A stretch of DNA of 64,000 nucleotides from assembly GCA_038227875.1 (NCBI GenBank), contig JBBRPR010000011.1:96001-160000 (forward strand), read 5' to 3'. The translations under genes were made by a program, and so were the position numbers. Position 1 is the stretch's first letter. Every line of letters starts with the position of its first letter. Positions 27,045-37,532 of the stretch are shown in pieces. A model generated the notes under the pieces. That model did not search any database, was not told the DNA's origin, and saw only the letters and a program-made list of their open reading frames with translations. Origin of the DNA: Planctomycetota bacterium. GTDB taxonomy: Bacteria > Planctomycetota > SZUA-567 > H5-PLA8.

Positions 27045-29564
27045 ATGCGCAACTTTCATGCGATTCTCAGTGCGCTCCTGCTGGCAGGTTTTGTTCGCGC
27101 TGAAACTGCCACGATGACCGTGCCGACGGTGGAGCTCATCTGTAAATTCAACACACACGACAAGGAAATGCCGAGGACCTTCAAGATCGGTCAGGGCTTT
27201 CAGCGGATCGGCGACTATCTGTACATCACTACGCCGATGGATGGGACCATTCAGTATTTCAAATGGAATGCGCAAACCAGCAAGATTTCGTATGTCGACT
27301 CCGTCACCAACCCGGTCGTGGACGGCCAGACCCTCTGCGCCGCTGGTGGCAGGATGTACGGCCTAGGCCTGAACGTTGATCCCCGGCCAGTTCGGGAGGC
27401 CACCGGTTTCACCTGGTACGATATCGAGAAGGAAACAGGCAAACCAATTGTAAAAGGCTCACTGCCCGAAATCGGCGGCTGGGGCAACTTAATCACCAGC
27501 CCAGACGAAAAGGATCTCTATTTTGTCGGCAGTGGCATTCAAATGTATTGGATGAAAATTGGCGCGGACGGCACGCCGACCAAATCCGCAAGCTTCGCCG
27601 GTGCGGGAATTCGCGGCAATCTTCGAATGAGCCCGGACGGGAAGAACATCTATTCGATCAACGAGGGCAAGATCGGCATCGTCGATCGCAAACCGACCGG
27701 AGAGATTGCGTACAAGAAAGCAATTCCGCTGAACGTTCCCGTCACTGATCCCGAAGCCATGCGATTGGACGCCACCCCGACGATCGCCGGAATCTCTCCC
27801 GATGGCCGCTGGCTCTATATCGAAGTGTACAGCGGCCATCCCCGCACCCCCTGCCATTTCAACATCTTCAAACGCGATCCGGAAACCGGCGACCTCGCTT
27901 TTTCGGAAGGCGGATCCGACTACGATCCGAAGTACAACAAACTGGCCACCCTGCCCTTCATGAACCTCATCTTTGCGCCCGATGGCAAAAGCGGATTCAT
28001 TTCCACCGGCGGCGACCTGCTGCAGACGTTCAGGTACGACGAAAAAACCGGACACCTCACGGACATCACCAGCGTCATTGTGCCCACCGACAAATTCGGC
28101 CCCTGTCTGAATGTCTCTTACGATGCGAAGAACAACCTGCTCTTCGGCCTGGGCTGGTGGCAGCACTACGCCTACGGAGATGTCTGGAACGGATTCTGGG
28201 TCGCCAAAACAGGCACCGCGCCGGCCCCTCAGCGCGATCGCTCCGACATCAAAGCCACCCACGCCGCCGCCGACGCCAAAGTCACCAACACAGATGATTG
28301 GCCCTGCTGGCGTGGCATTCACGGCGACGGAAAGAGTCCGCTCAAGGGAATCCGCAAAGACTGGACCGGCGGTCTTAAGGAGGTCTGGCGTGTCTCTGGA
28401 CTCAGTCCCGTCTCGGCGACCTGGTCCGCGCCCACCATTAAAGGCGACAAGCTCGTCGTTCTCGGCAAGCACGGCTGGACGGACGAAGCGCTCTGTTTTG
28501 ATGCCGACAAAGGCGGCGAGCCACTCTGGGTGACGCAACTTCCTGGGACCAACGGCGGCGATTCATGGGCCGGCGGCCCCACTGCCACCCCCTATATCGA
28601 CGGCGACAAAGTTTACCTGTCGCAGAGCAATCACTATGTCTGCCTGAATGTGGCGGACGGGAAAGTGGTATGGAAACAAAACAGTTTCAGCACCGGACAT
28701 GCGCCGGGCCATAGCCCCCTGGTCTGGGAGGATCTGGTCATTCTTCCCAATGTCATCACGCCCGACAACAAATGGCCCTGGCTCAAGCAGGTGCAACTCT
28801 GCGCGCTCAACAAGAACACCGGCGTACAAGTGTGGGGATATCAGGAGAATTCCAAACTCAGGTTCGAAAGCTACACCTCGCCGCTGCTCTTGAAGATCGA
28901 TGGGAAGGATCAGGTTGTCTACACCGCGACGGGTTATGCCTGCGGTCTGGATCCGCGTACGGGCAAACCGTTCTGGGAATACGTCCTGGACCCCAAATAC
29001 ACCACCGGAGGGCTCGGAAGTCCTGCTCCTTTGACCGACGGCTCCAATCTGGTTGTATCACCCGGCTTTCGAATCGCCGCGGACCCCGCGTCGGAAAAAG
29101 ACAAGATTCCGGCTGTCGTAAAAATTGAAAACGGCCAGGCCAAAACCGTCTGGGAAGGCGAATACAGAAACATGTGGAGTGCCGGGATCTTAAAGAATGG
29201 CTTTGTGTACTCGTTCTGCAGCGATGGTCTGTACAACGGCGCGCGCAGCACCTTCCGCTGCGTGGATTTATTGACCGGAACACCAAAATGGGTTCAGGCC
29301 AATACGGGCAGCGGCTCGCTGGTTGAAGTGGACGACTACCTTCTGTGTCTGACCTATGGCGGCGATCTTTGGCTGCTGATTCCAACGCCCGATGGCTTCA
29401 AAAAAGTCACGGAATGGACGGTTCCTCTCAAGCACGAAAACTGGGTCGTTGCCGGCGCTCCGGACATTCCCATCCTGCCGTTCTGGACCGTCCCCGTCAT
29501 CGCGCACGGCAGACTGTACGTGCGCTATAGCGATGTGATGATCTGCTACGACCTACTGAAATAG
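27045..29564 (+). CDS. Secreted tandem beta-propeller protein (lactonase-like plus PQQ-like)
   Basis: SPDG repeats in the N-half; DWPCWRG, DGKVVW, TGKPFW in the C-half; GAGGAG SD before MRNFH. Confidence 0.8.
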   Translation: MRNFHAILSALLLAGFVRAETATMTVPTVELICKFNTHDKEMPRTFKIGQGFQRIGDYLYITTPMDGTIQYFKWNAQTSKISYVDSVTNPVVDGQTLCAAGGRMYGLGLNVDPRPVREATGFTWYDIEKETGKPIVKGSLPEIGGWGNLITSPDEKDLYFVGSGIQMYWMKIGADGTPTKSASFAGAGIRGNLRMSPDGKNIYSINEGKIGIVDRKPTGEIAYKKAIPLNVPVTDPEAMRLDATPTIAGISPDGRWLYIEVYSGHPRTPCHFNIFKRDPETGDLAFSEGGSDYDPKYNKLATLPFMNLIFAPDGKSGFISTGGDLLQTFRYDEKTGHLTDITSVIVPTDKFGPCLNVSYDAKNNLLFGLGWWQHYAYGDVWNGFWVAKTGTAPAPQRDRSDIKATHAAADAKVTNTDDWPCWRGIHGDGKSPLKGIRKDWTGGLKEVWRVSGLSPVSATWSAPTIKGDKLVVLGKHGWTDEALCFDADKGGEPLWVTQLPGTNGGDSWAGGPTATPYIDGDKVYLSQSNHYVCLNVADGKVVWKQNSFSTGHAPGHSPLVWEDLVILPNVITPDNKWPWLKQVQLCALNKNTGVQVWGYQENSKLRFESYTSPLLLKIDGKDQVVYTATGYACGLDPRTGKPFWEYVLDPKYTTGGLGSPAPLTDGSNLVVSPGFRIAADPASEKDKIPAVVKIENGQAKTVWEGEYRNMWSAGILKNGFVYSFCSDGLYNGARSTFRCVDLLTGTPKWVQANTGSGSLVEVDDYLLCLTYGGDLWLLIPTPDGFKKVTEWTVPLKHENWVVAGAPDIPILPFWTVPVIAHGRLYVRYSDVMICYDLLK

Positions 29565-30584
29565 CGGCAGGCTAACCCGCGCGGCGCTCTGCATGCTGCG
29601 CGTCACGGCCTCCGTGAACTCCATGTACTTCACGCCATCCTCAAACGTGGTCCGCGTGATCGGCTCCAGACCGCGGATCGCATTGACGAACTCCTCTTCG
29701 ACGCGCCAACGGCCTTCGTCAGCCGATGGAATGGCCACTTCCTTCAATTCCGTCTCGCCGCGCTTGCCACTGAACAGTTTGTTCTGCGAAAACCGCAGCG
29801 TGCCTTCGCTGCCGAAGATGAACGCTTCGGCCGGCCCGGACAGACCGGTGACGCTCGAAATCTGCAAATGCAATTGCGCGCCACAGGCCAACTCGGCGAT
29901 GACATCGACGTGCTCCGGTATGCGGATCGCCTTCGGCAGGCCCGCGTCGTCCTTGCGCAGTTTCTGAAAAACTTTGCCCGCCGCCGAAACGTTGACCGCC
30001 TCCCCCAACCAACGCGTCAGCGCTTCGTACCAGATCCCCAAGCTCATGATGTTATAGCCGCTGTAATCGAAATTCTGACGCCACGACTGCACGGCGTCGC
30101 GATTCAGGAATGCTCCGCCGCCACGAATTTCCACTGCGAGCACCTCGCCGATCGCACCGGCGCCGATCAGCTTCTGAATCGTCTTGTCCACGCGCAACGT
30201 GAACGGCGACGGCACGACTTGCGCGATCAACTCGGGATGCTGCTGCGCGGCGTCGCGCATCGCGTGCGCTTCTGCTGCGTTGAGCGCCATGCGCGCTTCG
30301 CACGACACGTGTTTCCCCGCATTCAACGCGGCCACGGTCACGGGACAGTGCATGTACGGCCACGTCCCGATGACAACGGCATTGACGTCCGAGTCTGCAA
30401 CCAGTTCCCGATAATTGGCGTACGTTTTCTTAAATCCGAATTGCTTCGCCACACGTTCGGACGACTCGCGCGAACGGTTGCAAATGCCGACCAGTTCCAC
30501 TCCCGGAATCTTCAACAGATTCGGAATGTGTTGGGTGCGCGTATTGTCGCCAGCGCCAAAAACTGCAACGCGAATGTCTGCCAT
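29553..30584 (-). CDS. Gfo/Idh/MocA oxidoreductase
   Basis: VAVFGAG, AGKHVSCEARMA. Confidence 0.92.
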   Translation of the reverse strand: MADIRVAVFGAGDNTRTQHIPNLLKIPGVELVGICNRSRESSERVAKQFGFKKTYANYRELVADSDVNAVVIGTWPYMHCPVTVAALNAGKHVSCEARMALNAAEAHAMRDAAQQHPELIAQVVPSPFTLRVDKTIQKLIGAGAIGEVLAVEIRGGGAFLNRDAVQSWRQNFDYSGYNIMSLGIWYEALTRWLGEAVNVSAAGKVFQKLRKDDAGLPKAIRIPEHVDVIAELACGAQLHLQISSVTGLSGPAEAFIFGSEGTLRFSQNKLFSGKRGETELKEVAIPSADEGRWRVEEEFVNAIRGLEPITRTTFEDGVKYMEFTEAVTRSMQSAARVSLPLFQ

Positions 30585-30744
30585 GTGACCTCCCTGTTCA
30601 GCATTATGGCCAATTGTCCATATGCTGACTTTTGATCAAGCCAGTAGATATGAACCCATCGTATTCAGAGATCCCACGCGCACAAAGCGAAACGCCTCAA
30701 GCAAGCTCGAGGCGTTTTGCAAAATCACCAATTACCATCCAGAT

Positions 30745-31419
30745 TCATCGCCCGTCGTATTCACCCAGCGGCTTTTTGTCCTGAGGATTGCCGGGCGTAT
30801 TGTGGTAGCACCAGCGGTAGACCGGTGTCGAACTTTCATGATTGAGGTACGGCGGAATGATGCGCTGCTCCTGCGCCGGATCGTAGTAGCCTACGTTCAG
30901 CATGATAAAGCCCAACGAGCCCGAGAAGGTCAGCACGATGGCGTTGAGCAGCAGCACCGCCGTCATCAGCGGATTGGCCGGCTTGTAGCGAAAGACCGGC
31001 GCGGTGCGGCGCGAACTGGCCGGATTCATCCCAACGCGGCTGCCCGGTGTGCGGATGCGCGAGACCGATGATTTCCTCGCCGGGTTCTCCAGCGGCAATC
31101 CCGTGTGCACGACACTTTCAGAAACGCGGGTGATCACGCCGCTTGGCGATTCTTCCAATTTCTCGATCAACTCCGGCGTAATCCGTTCCAGCGGTACCAG
31201 GATGCCACTTTCGCCGGGCCGGGTGACGGTGGGCGGAATGATGATCGGCATGTCGCTCTGCAATTTCACAGTGGCCAGATCTTCCCGCCGGAACTTCATC
31301 GTCCCCGCCGAGCGGTACGCACGCAACGCGCCGCTGGCCACCAGCATCTGCAGCTCACCTTCTTTGATCCCCAGAATCCGCAGTGCCTCGCCTGCATCCA
31401 ACCATTCCTGTTCAGCCAT
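30745..31419 (-). CDS. Excisionase-like HTH protein with C-terminal transmembrane segment
   Basis: EALRILGI...GALRAYRSAGTMKFRREDL; hydrophobic LMTAVLLLNAIVLTFSGSLGFIML. Confidence 0.7.
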   Translation of the reverse strand: MAEQEWLDAGEALRILGIKEGELQMLVASGALRAYRSAGTMKFRREDLATVKLQSDMPIIIPPTVTRPGESGILVPLERITPELIEKLEESPSGVITRVSESVVHTGLPLENPARKSSVSRIRTPGSRVGMNPASSRRTAPVFRYKPANPLMTAVLLLNAIVLTFSGSLGFIMLNVGYYDPAQEQRIIPPYLNHESSTPVYRWCYHNTPGNPQDKKPLGEYDGR

Positions 31420-31695
31420 GTGCGTGACCCTCGAGAGAAGTGGACGAACGCAAAGACAACACAGTTTTTGAGGAATAGATCAGGCAAGTTCGACGAGCAG
31501 AAGAAGGCTCTCGTCGTACAATCATCTCTAAATAACTTGGCGCGTTTGCTGATGAAAATATTAGCGGCGATATTTATGAAATCCGTTGCGCGAGTGCAGA
31601 CGAACAAACTGCCGGCTCCCGATTGGAATCCGTCGCATCAAGTTCAACATTGGAGGGGGTTCTGAGCAATTGCTCAGCCCCCTTGTGCTACGAAT

Positions 31696-34464
31696 TCACT
31701 TCGGCGGAATCACTGTCACCGGCGCAATCTTCTCCAATGCGTCTTTCAGCACCTTCGCATCGCCAACCACGATAATGGTCAACTTTGCCGGATCGACGGC
31801 CGACTGCGCCAGCTTGGCACAATCTTCCGCGGTTGTGATAGCGACGGTCTCCATCATCTTGCTGAAATAATCCGGCGGCAGCCCATTGGTCTCGATCACC
31901 CACAGATCGTTTGCGACAGCCTGCGGCGTCTCGCGTTCGCGGACGAAACTGCCTTGTGTGTACGCCTTCTGATCGTCGAGTTCCCGGACCGTCGGCGGCT
32001 CATCGCGCAGGCGCTTGATTTCATCCAGCACCGCCTGAACGGCCTGCGCGGTCGTCTCGTTTTTGCTGAACGTCGAGACATGAAAATCGCCGGCGAAGCG
32101 GCGCGCCGAGAAGCCGCCGTGCGCGCCATACGTCAGTCCCTTCTTGACGCGGATCACTTCATTCAAGCGCGAACCGAACGCTCCCCCGAAGTAACCGCTC
32201 ACAACCGTGGAGGTAAAGAACTTCGGATCGCGCCGCGTCAATCCCAGCTGGCCGACGCGAATCTGGCTCTGCACGCTTCCCGGCCGGTCGACCAGATAAA
32301 TGTGGGTCACCTGCGGTGCCGGGATTTCGGCGAGCTTGAATTCTGGCTTCGCACCTTCGGACTTCCACGTGCCCAGCGCGTTCTCAGCCAGCGCGACGGC
32401 CTGGTCGAGTTCAACGTCGCCGGAGAAGATCAGCGTCGCCATGTCCGGCCGCGCGATCTGCGTCCACCACGGCTTGAGCTCCTCGACTTTCAACGCGTCA
32501 AGGTCCGCCATCTCGCCACTTTCCGTGCGCGCGTACGGATGCTTGTCGTAGAGCTGCTTGCGGAGCGCTTTTTCCGCGGCGTATTCGGCCGTGCCTTCGG
32601 CCACGGCCAGTCCGGCGCGACTCTGCGCCTTGAGCTTGGTGAATTCTTTCTCATTGAACGTCGGCGTAAGCACAGCTTCAGCCATTAAGTTGACGGCGCG
32701 TTCGAGATGCTCGGTCATGCAGTCGGCCTCAACGCTGGAACTGTCGAGCGACGCGTTGCCATTAAGCGAGATGCCGTAGGTTTCCATCTCCAGCGCCAGC
32801 GCTCCTTCGTCGTGCTTGGCGGTGCCCTTGGTCAACATCTGCATCGTCATCAAAGCCAGCCCCGGCTTGGGTTCCGTCCACGCGCCACACTGCAGCCCCA
32901 GCCGCGCGGAGACAAACGGCACGCCGTGCTTGGTGATCACGACGACCTTCAGTCCGTTCGCCAGCGTCTTGGTCGTGAATTTCGGCGTGACATCCAGCTT
33001 CGTGGCCGGAGCGGCCGGTGGTTCGACAGGGAATCCATCCGGACGCTTCACGCCGGCACGGCCGGGCGGCGGCGCTTCCTTCTCCGGCGTCGCGGTGACC
33101 GGCGCGTCTTCTTCCTTGCCCCATTTTCCGAACAGCGTGCCGAGCAGATTGCGCTCGATGTTGAAGGTCATCTTGTGTTCCGGCGTGAAGTACTTCTGCG
33201 CCACGCGTTGAACGTCCGCGATGGTCACCGCGTTGATGCGCGAAAGCTGCTTGTTGACGTTGTCGACGTTGCCTTCCAGCACCGCAGCCCGGCCGATCTT
33301 GAACGCTTTGCTCTCCACCGTGAGGCTTTCGAACACAATCGTCTTGCGCAATTGCGTGCGCGCTTTATTCAGCTCGGCGTCGGTGACGGGCGTCGTGCGG
33401 ATCTTTTCAATTTCCTCTTCCAGTGCCGTTTGCGCTTTCTTCGCGTCGCCACCCAGCGGCGAGAGAGCCGCGCCGATCGCAAACAAACCATCCTGTTCCA
33501 ACGAAAAGTCGATTCCCTGCGCGAACGCCGCGGACTGATCGTTGGCGACCAGACGCCGGTAGACGCGGCTGGAATTTCCTTCGCACAGGATCTGCGCCAG
33601 CACCTGCAGCGCTACATAATCTTCATGGCCCAGCGGCACGGTGCGGTATACCAGCGCCAGCAGCGGCGTGGGCGCGTTCTGTTCCTTGATCTTCACCGCC
33701 TTCGGCGCCGTCGGCATCGGCTCAACCACTGTCACGCGCGGCGGGTCGGGATACTTGGGAATCCAGCCGAAATACTTCTTCGCCAGCACTTCGACGTCGC
33801 CCTGCTTCACCGCGCCCACGATCACCAGCGTGGCGTTGTTGGGAACGTAGTAGCGCGTCCAGAATTCACGCAGTTCGCTGACGGCCGCCGCGCGAAGGTG
33901 CGGGATCTGGCCGATCGGCGTCCAGCGGTACGGATGGACCGTGTAGATTTCCGGCAGGACTTTGTCGAAGAGCGTCCCGTACGGCTGGTTCACGCCCATA
34001 CGGCGCTCTTCTTCGACCACCTTGCGCTCGGTGTCGAACGAATGCTGATCGATCTTCAAGAACGCCATGCGCTCCGATTCCAAATACATCGCCAGTTCCA
34101 GCTGGCTGGCAGGAAGCGCTTCGAAATAAACTGTTTCGTCGAAATTCGTGTACGCATTGCAGCCGCCGCCGACGCGGTGAACGCTGTCGAAATGCCCAGT
34201 CGGGCCAACGCGGTCGGTGCCTTGAAACATCATGTGCTCGAACATATGCGCGAAGCCCTGGCGTTCCGGCTTCTCGTCCTTCGAGCCGACGTGGTACCAG
34301 AGCTGCACCGAGACCACCGGGCAGGCGAAGTCTTCGAGCACCACCACCTTCAGTCCGTTCTCCAGCGTGATCACTTTGAAATCGTAAAGTGGTTTGTCTT
34401 CACCACGGCACTGGAACGAGCAGAGCAATGCGACGGACAGTATCGAAAGCAGCAGCGTTTTCAT
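31696..34464 (-). CDS. M16 (pitrilysin-family) zinc protease, two-domain, secreted
   Basis: GFAHMFEHM (HxxEH), NAYT, VVEEERR; second half with RVKKGLTYG. Confidence 0.93.
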   Translation of the reverse strand: MKTLLLSILSVALLCSFQCRGEDKPLYDFKVITLENGLKVVVLEDFACPVVSVQLWYHVGSKDEKPERQGFAHMFEHMMFQGTDRVGPTGHFDSVHRVGGGCNAYTNFDETVYFEALPASQLELAMYLESERMAFLKIDQHSFDTERKVVEEERRMGVNQPYGTLFDKVLPEIYTVHPYRWTPIGQIPHLRAAAVSELREFWTRYYVPNNATLVIVGAVKQGDVEVLAKKYFGWIPKYPDPPRVTVVEPMPTAPKAVKIKEQNAPTPLLALVYRTVPLGHEDYVALQVLAQILCEGNSSRVYRRLVANDQSAAFAQGIDFSLEQDGLFAIGAALSPLGGDAKKAQTALEEEIEKIRTTPVTDAELNKARTQLRKTIVFESLTVESKAFKIGRAAVLEGNVDNVNKQLSRINAVTIADVQRVAQKYFTPEHKMTFNIERNLLGTLFGKWGKEEDAPVTATPEKEAPPPGRAGVKRPDGFPVEPPAAPATKLDVTPKFTTKTLANGLKVVVITKHGVPFVSARLGLQCGAWTEPKPGLALMTMQMLTKGTAKHDEGALALEMETYGISLNGNASLDSSSVEADCMTEHLERAVNLMAEAVLTPTFNEKEFTKLKAQSRAGLAVAEGTAEYAAEKALRKQLYDKHPYARTESGEMADLDALKVEELKPWWTQIARPDMATLIFSGDVELDQAVALAENALGTWKSEGAKPEFKLAEIPAPQVTHIYLVDRPGSVQSQIRVGQLGLTRRDPKFFTSTVVSGYFGGAFGSRLNEVIRVKKGLTYGAHGGFSARRFAGDFHVSTFSKNETTAQAVQAVLDEIKRLRDEPPTVRELDDQKAYTQGSFVRERETPQAVANDLWVIETNGLPPDYFSKMMETVAITTAEDCAKLAQSAVDPAKLTIIVVGDAKVLKDALEKIAPVTVIPPK

Positions 34465-34547
34465 CGAACTCTCCAAATAGTGAAACACCGGCGGTTGTGA
34501 ACCACCGGTGTCATGACACTCTAAAATGAAGCAAGTGGCGTGAAAAA

Positions 34548-35015
34548 TTATTTATCTTTCACTTCGGCTTTGTCGCCGACCTTCAGCGTTCTGATTTTAG
34601 CTTCGACTTCGCGAATCTGGCGGCGCAGCAGGTTGACCTTCTTGACCTGATCCTTGACGTCCGAATCGTGCGCCGAAACGCCGATGTCCGGCGCCGCGTC
34701 CCAGCAGCGCGCCACGTTTTCGCCCAGCTTCTGATACGCGGACTTCAATTCCAGGCGCAGCTTTTCCAGCTCTGCCATGGTGATGCCGATGCGCGTGTAT
34801 TTTTCCGCTGTCTGTCCGGCCGCCTTCAGGCTGTCGCCCATCTGCTGGAAGAAGCCCTTCGACTTGGGCTGATCGCCCGCGGGATCAGTCTTGGATTTGG
34901 CCCGGTTGTCGTATTCTTTCTCTTCGTCCTCGAACGGCTCCGCCTCGATAATCTCGTCGTCTTCGTCTTCCTCTTCTTCACTGCGCTGCTTTTTCGACTT
35001 CCGAGACTTGGCCAT
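34548..35015 (-). CDS. Hypothetical protein, acidic N-terminus and coiled coil
   Basis: Host-like codon usage; AAGGA upstream. Confidence 0.7.
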   Translation of the reverse strand: MAKSRKSKKQRSEEEEDEDDEIIEAEPFEDEEKEYDNRAKSKTDPAGDQPKSKGFFQQMGDSLKAAGQTAEKYTRIGITMAELEKLRLELKSAYQKLGENVARCWDAAPDIGVSAHDSDVKDQVKKVNLLRRQIREVEAKIRTLKVGDKAEVKDK

Positions 35016-35166
35016 GAGGACCTGTCCTTTCTAAAGCGTATGCAGTATGGAAGAAGACGCCGGACGCCAGCTCGTTGAAAAAAGTCTATTCCCGCCTGGT
35101 TTCTCCGTGAAACGCCTGGCAGTAAAGGCGTTTCGCGGCGCAGGCCAGGGGTTTATCAACGGGCTG

Positions 35167-35412
35167 TTAGTGCCGTCGGGCAGCCTCACGCGCGGCATCT
35201 CTCGCTGCGTCGCGGGCCTTTTCTTCCTCAATCAGCTTCTGTTCCTTCTCTTCCTTGATCTCGTCCGGCGTCAATGGCCGGATGAATCCGGGCATCGACC
35301 ATAGAAACCAAACCACTCCGAGGAGGATCAGGCCACCACCAATCATGAGTAAATTTTGTTTTGGTTTGGGTGCGTTGGGATTGGGCTTCTTTTCGGCAGG
35401 GCCGGTAGCCAT
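35167..35412 (-). CDS. Small single-pass membrane protein
   Basis: 81 aa, one TM helix, GAGGGA SD. Confidence 0.65.
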   Translation of the reverse strand: MATGPAEKKPNPNAPKPKQNLLMIGGGLILLGVVWFLWSMPGFIRPLTPDEIKEEKEQKLIEEEKARDAARDAAREAARRH

Positions 35413-35522
35413 GGCGATTTTCCCTCGAACCAGAACGTGGCATGATGCAAAACGTTATGGAACTTTACGAAGTGCCTTTGGAAAAAGCAAGTCCCTTGCG
35501 CACACATCGTGCAACGCACCCG

Positions 35523-36668
35523 TTATTTCGTTGTGGGCTTAAAATCTTGCGTCCAAACCCACGTGCTGAGCGCCCCCGACATCAGCACGTCCGGTCCGAT
35601 CAGATCCACCCGCGGCGCGCGCAGTTCCAAGCTCTCCGCGACACGCGACACGCCCCGGCCTCCCACCGCCGTGGCGCTGCCGATGCCGCCGACGATCTTT
35701 GGCGCAATAAAGATGTACGCCTGATCGGCCAGGCGGCTGTCCGCGAAGGAACCGAGCACCGCGCTGCCGCCTTCTACCAACACCGATTGAATCCGCTCCT
35801 TCACCAACGCCTTGAGCACCGCCTCGAGCGGCAACGTGAAATTGCGGCGTTCCACGCTGATCACTTTGGCACCGCGCGCCGTCAGCGCCGTGACGCGCTC
35901 GGCCGGAGCATCCGTCGCGCAGACGATCAACACCGCCCCACCCTCGGCGCTCCACAGCGGCGCGTCCAGCGGCGTCCGTGCGTTGGAGTCGAGAATCACA
36001 CGGCGCGGCTGCCGCACTTTCTCGCCCGTCTCGTTGCGCGCATTGAGCCGCGCGCCATCGGCGATCAGCGTATTGATGCCGACCAGCACTGCGTCGTGAG
36101 CCGCGCGCAGACGATGCACCAACGCGCGTGACGCGTCCGACGTGATCCATTTCGAATCGCCACCTACCGCCGCGATTTTTCCGTCCGCCGACATCGCCCA
36201 TTTCAAGCTGACGAACGGCAGCCCCGTCTGCAGCGTTTTGAAAAACGGCGCGTTCAGCGCTTCGCATTCTGCCTCGAGCACATCGGTGATCACGTCGATC
36301 CCCGCGTTGCGCAGCGTCGTGATGCCGCCACTCGCCACGGGATTGGGATCCAGCGACCCGATCACCACCGTTTTAACACCTGCCGCAATGATCGCCTGCG
36401 CACACGGCGGCGTTTTTCCCGTGTGATTGCAAGGCTCGAGCGTGCAATACAACGTCGCCCCGCGCGCGCGGTCGCCAGCTTCCTGAAGCGCAAACACTTC
36501 CGCGTGCGGCCCGCCGTACTGCTGATGCCAGCCTTGACCGGCAATCTGGCCGTCTTTCACAACGACCGCGCCAACCTGCGGATTGGGACTGACCCAAGCG
36601 CCGCCCCGGCACGCCAGCGTAAGCGCTTCCCGCATAATGTGGTCGCGACTCAAACCGTCACTCATCAT
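35523..36668 (-). CDS. ribD: Riboflavin biosynthesis deaminase/reductase
   Basis: PNPQVG, HAE, TLEPCNHTGKTPPC, VEGG. Confidence 0.97.
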   Translation of the reverse strand: MMSDGLSRDHIMREALTLACRGGAWVSPNPQVGAVVVKDGQIAGQGWHQQYGGPHAEVFALQEAGDRARGATLYCTLEPCNHTGKTPPCAQAIIAAGVKTVVIGSLDPNPVASGGITTLRNAGIDVITDVLEAECEALNAPFFKTLQTGLPFVSLKWAMSADGKIAAVGGDSKWITSDASRALVHRLRAAHDAVLVGINTLIADGARLNARNETGEKVRQPRRVILDSNARTPLDAPLWSAEGGAVLIVCATDAPAERVTALTARGAKVISVERRNFTLPLEAVLKALVKERIQSVLVEGGSAVLGSFADSRLADQAYIFIAPKIVGGIGSATAVGGRGVSRVAESLELRAPRVDLIGPDVLMSGALSTWVWTQDFKPTTK

Positions 36669-36688
36669 TCGTCACTCATCGCCGCCCA

Positions 36689-37456
36689 TCACTCCACCAC
36701 ACCTTCGTGCCAGCGGAACGCACCGCGCAGCGCCAGCATCCGTCCTTTTTCCGGAACGCTCTTGAGCGACTTCGCGTCGAGGCAGACCAGCGAAATGCGG
36801 CTCAGTGTCGTATCCGCCAGTGCGCCCCAGCTGACGTTGGTCTGCAGCGACGGATACCCCGCCAGCCCACCGATCACCACCGCCTGCTTGGGCGAATCGA
36901 GTTTCTCTTCGATATCCTGAAACGGTCCCGGCTCGATCACGCCGTCTTCCTGTTTGCGCACCACCAGCTCCGGGCCGTTGGCGGAAGGAAATATCGCGGT
37001 GCGCTGTTTCATCACGCTGAAGAGCCGCTGGGCATTTGTGCGCGAAAGCGGCACAGGGTACTTCGCGTCCATCGTCAGCATGTCCGTGCAGCAGATCACG
37101 TCTCCGACGGCCACGAACGTGGGCCGCGCGTTGATCCACTCGGCTTCCTCGCGCGTGATCACCGAAAGAAAGCTGCGGACATTACGGCGGATGTACCCGG
37201 TCGTATTCGCCAGCCCCTGCAGCCGCCAGCCGGCGATCTGCCGGTCGGTGTCGTTGGCCAGCGTCTGGATCTCCTCGGTGCGCAGCCAGCGGATGATCGT
37301 CGCCGGAGGATCGACGTCGGTCTGATTAGTCTTACCGCTCCAGACCAGCCCGCCCAGACAGATCAACTGCTCCGCTCCGCGCTTGCGCAGTTCGGCCACC
37401 ATCGCCTGGACCAGTTTGAGATTTTCCCCCGGGTAGCCGAACACGCCGATTTTCAT
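36689..37456 (-). CDS. Degenerate calcineurin-like metallophosphoesterase homolog
   Basis: MKIGVFGYPGENL...LICLGGLVWSG...TLANDTD follows the family scaffold without DxH/GD/GNHD. Confidence 0.6.
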   Translation of the reverse strand: MKIGVFGYPGENLKLVQAMVAELRKRGAEQLICLGGLVWSGKTNQTDVDPPATIIRWLRTEEIQTLANDTDRQIAGWRLQGLANTTGYIRRNVRSFLSVITREEAEWINARPTFVAVGDVICCTDMLTMDAKYPVPLSRTNAQRLFSVMKQRTAIFPSANGPELVVRKQEDGVIEPGPFQDIEEKLDSPKQAVVIGGLAGYPSLQTNVSWGALADTTLSRISLVCLDAKSLKSVPEKGRMLALRGAFRWHEGVVE

Positions 37457-37532
37457 GAATACTCCGTTCACGGGTGATGGGATTCAATGGACTCTGGTTG
37501 GACGAAAGGTGCGACTTCTTCGTTAGAACGTA

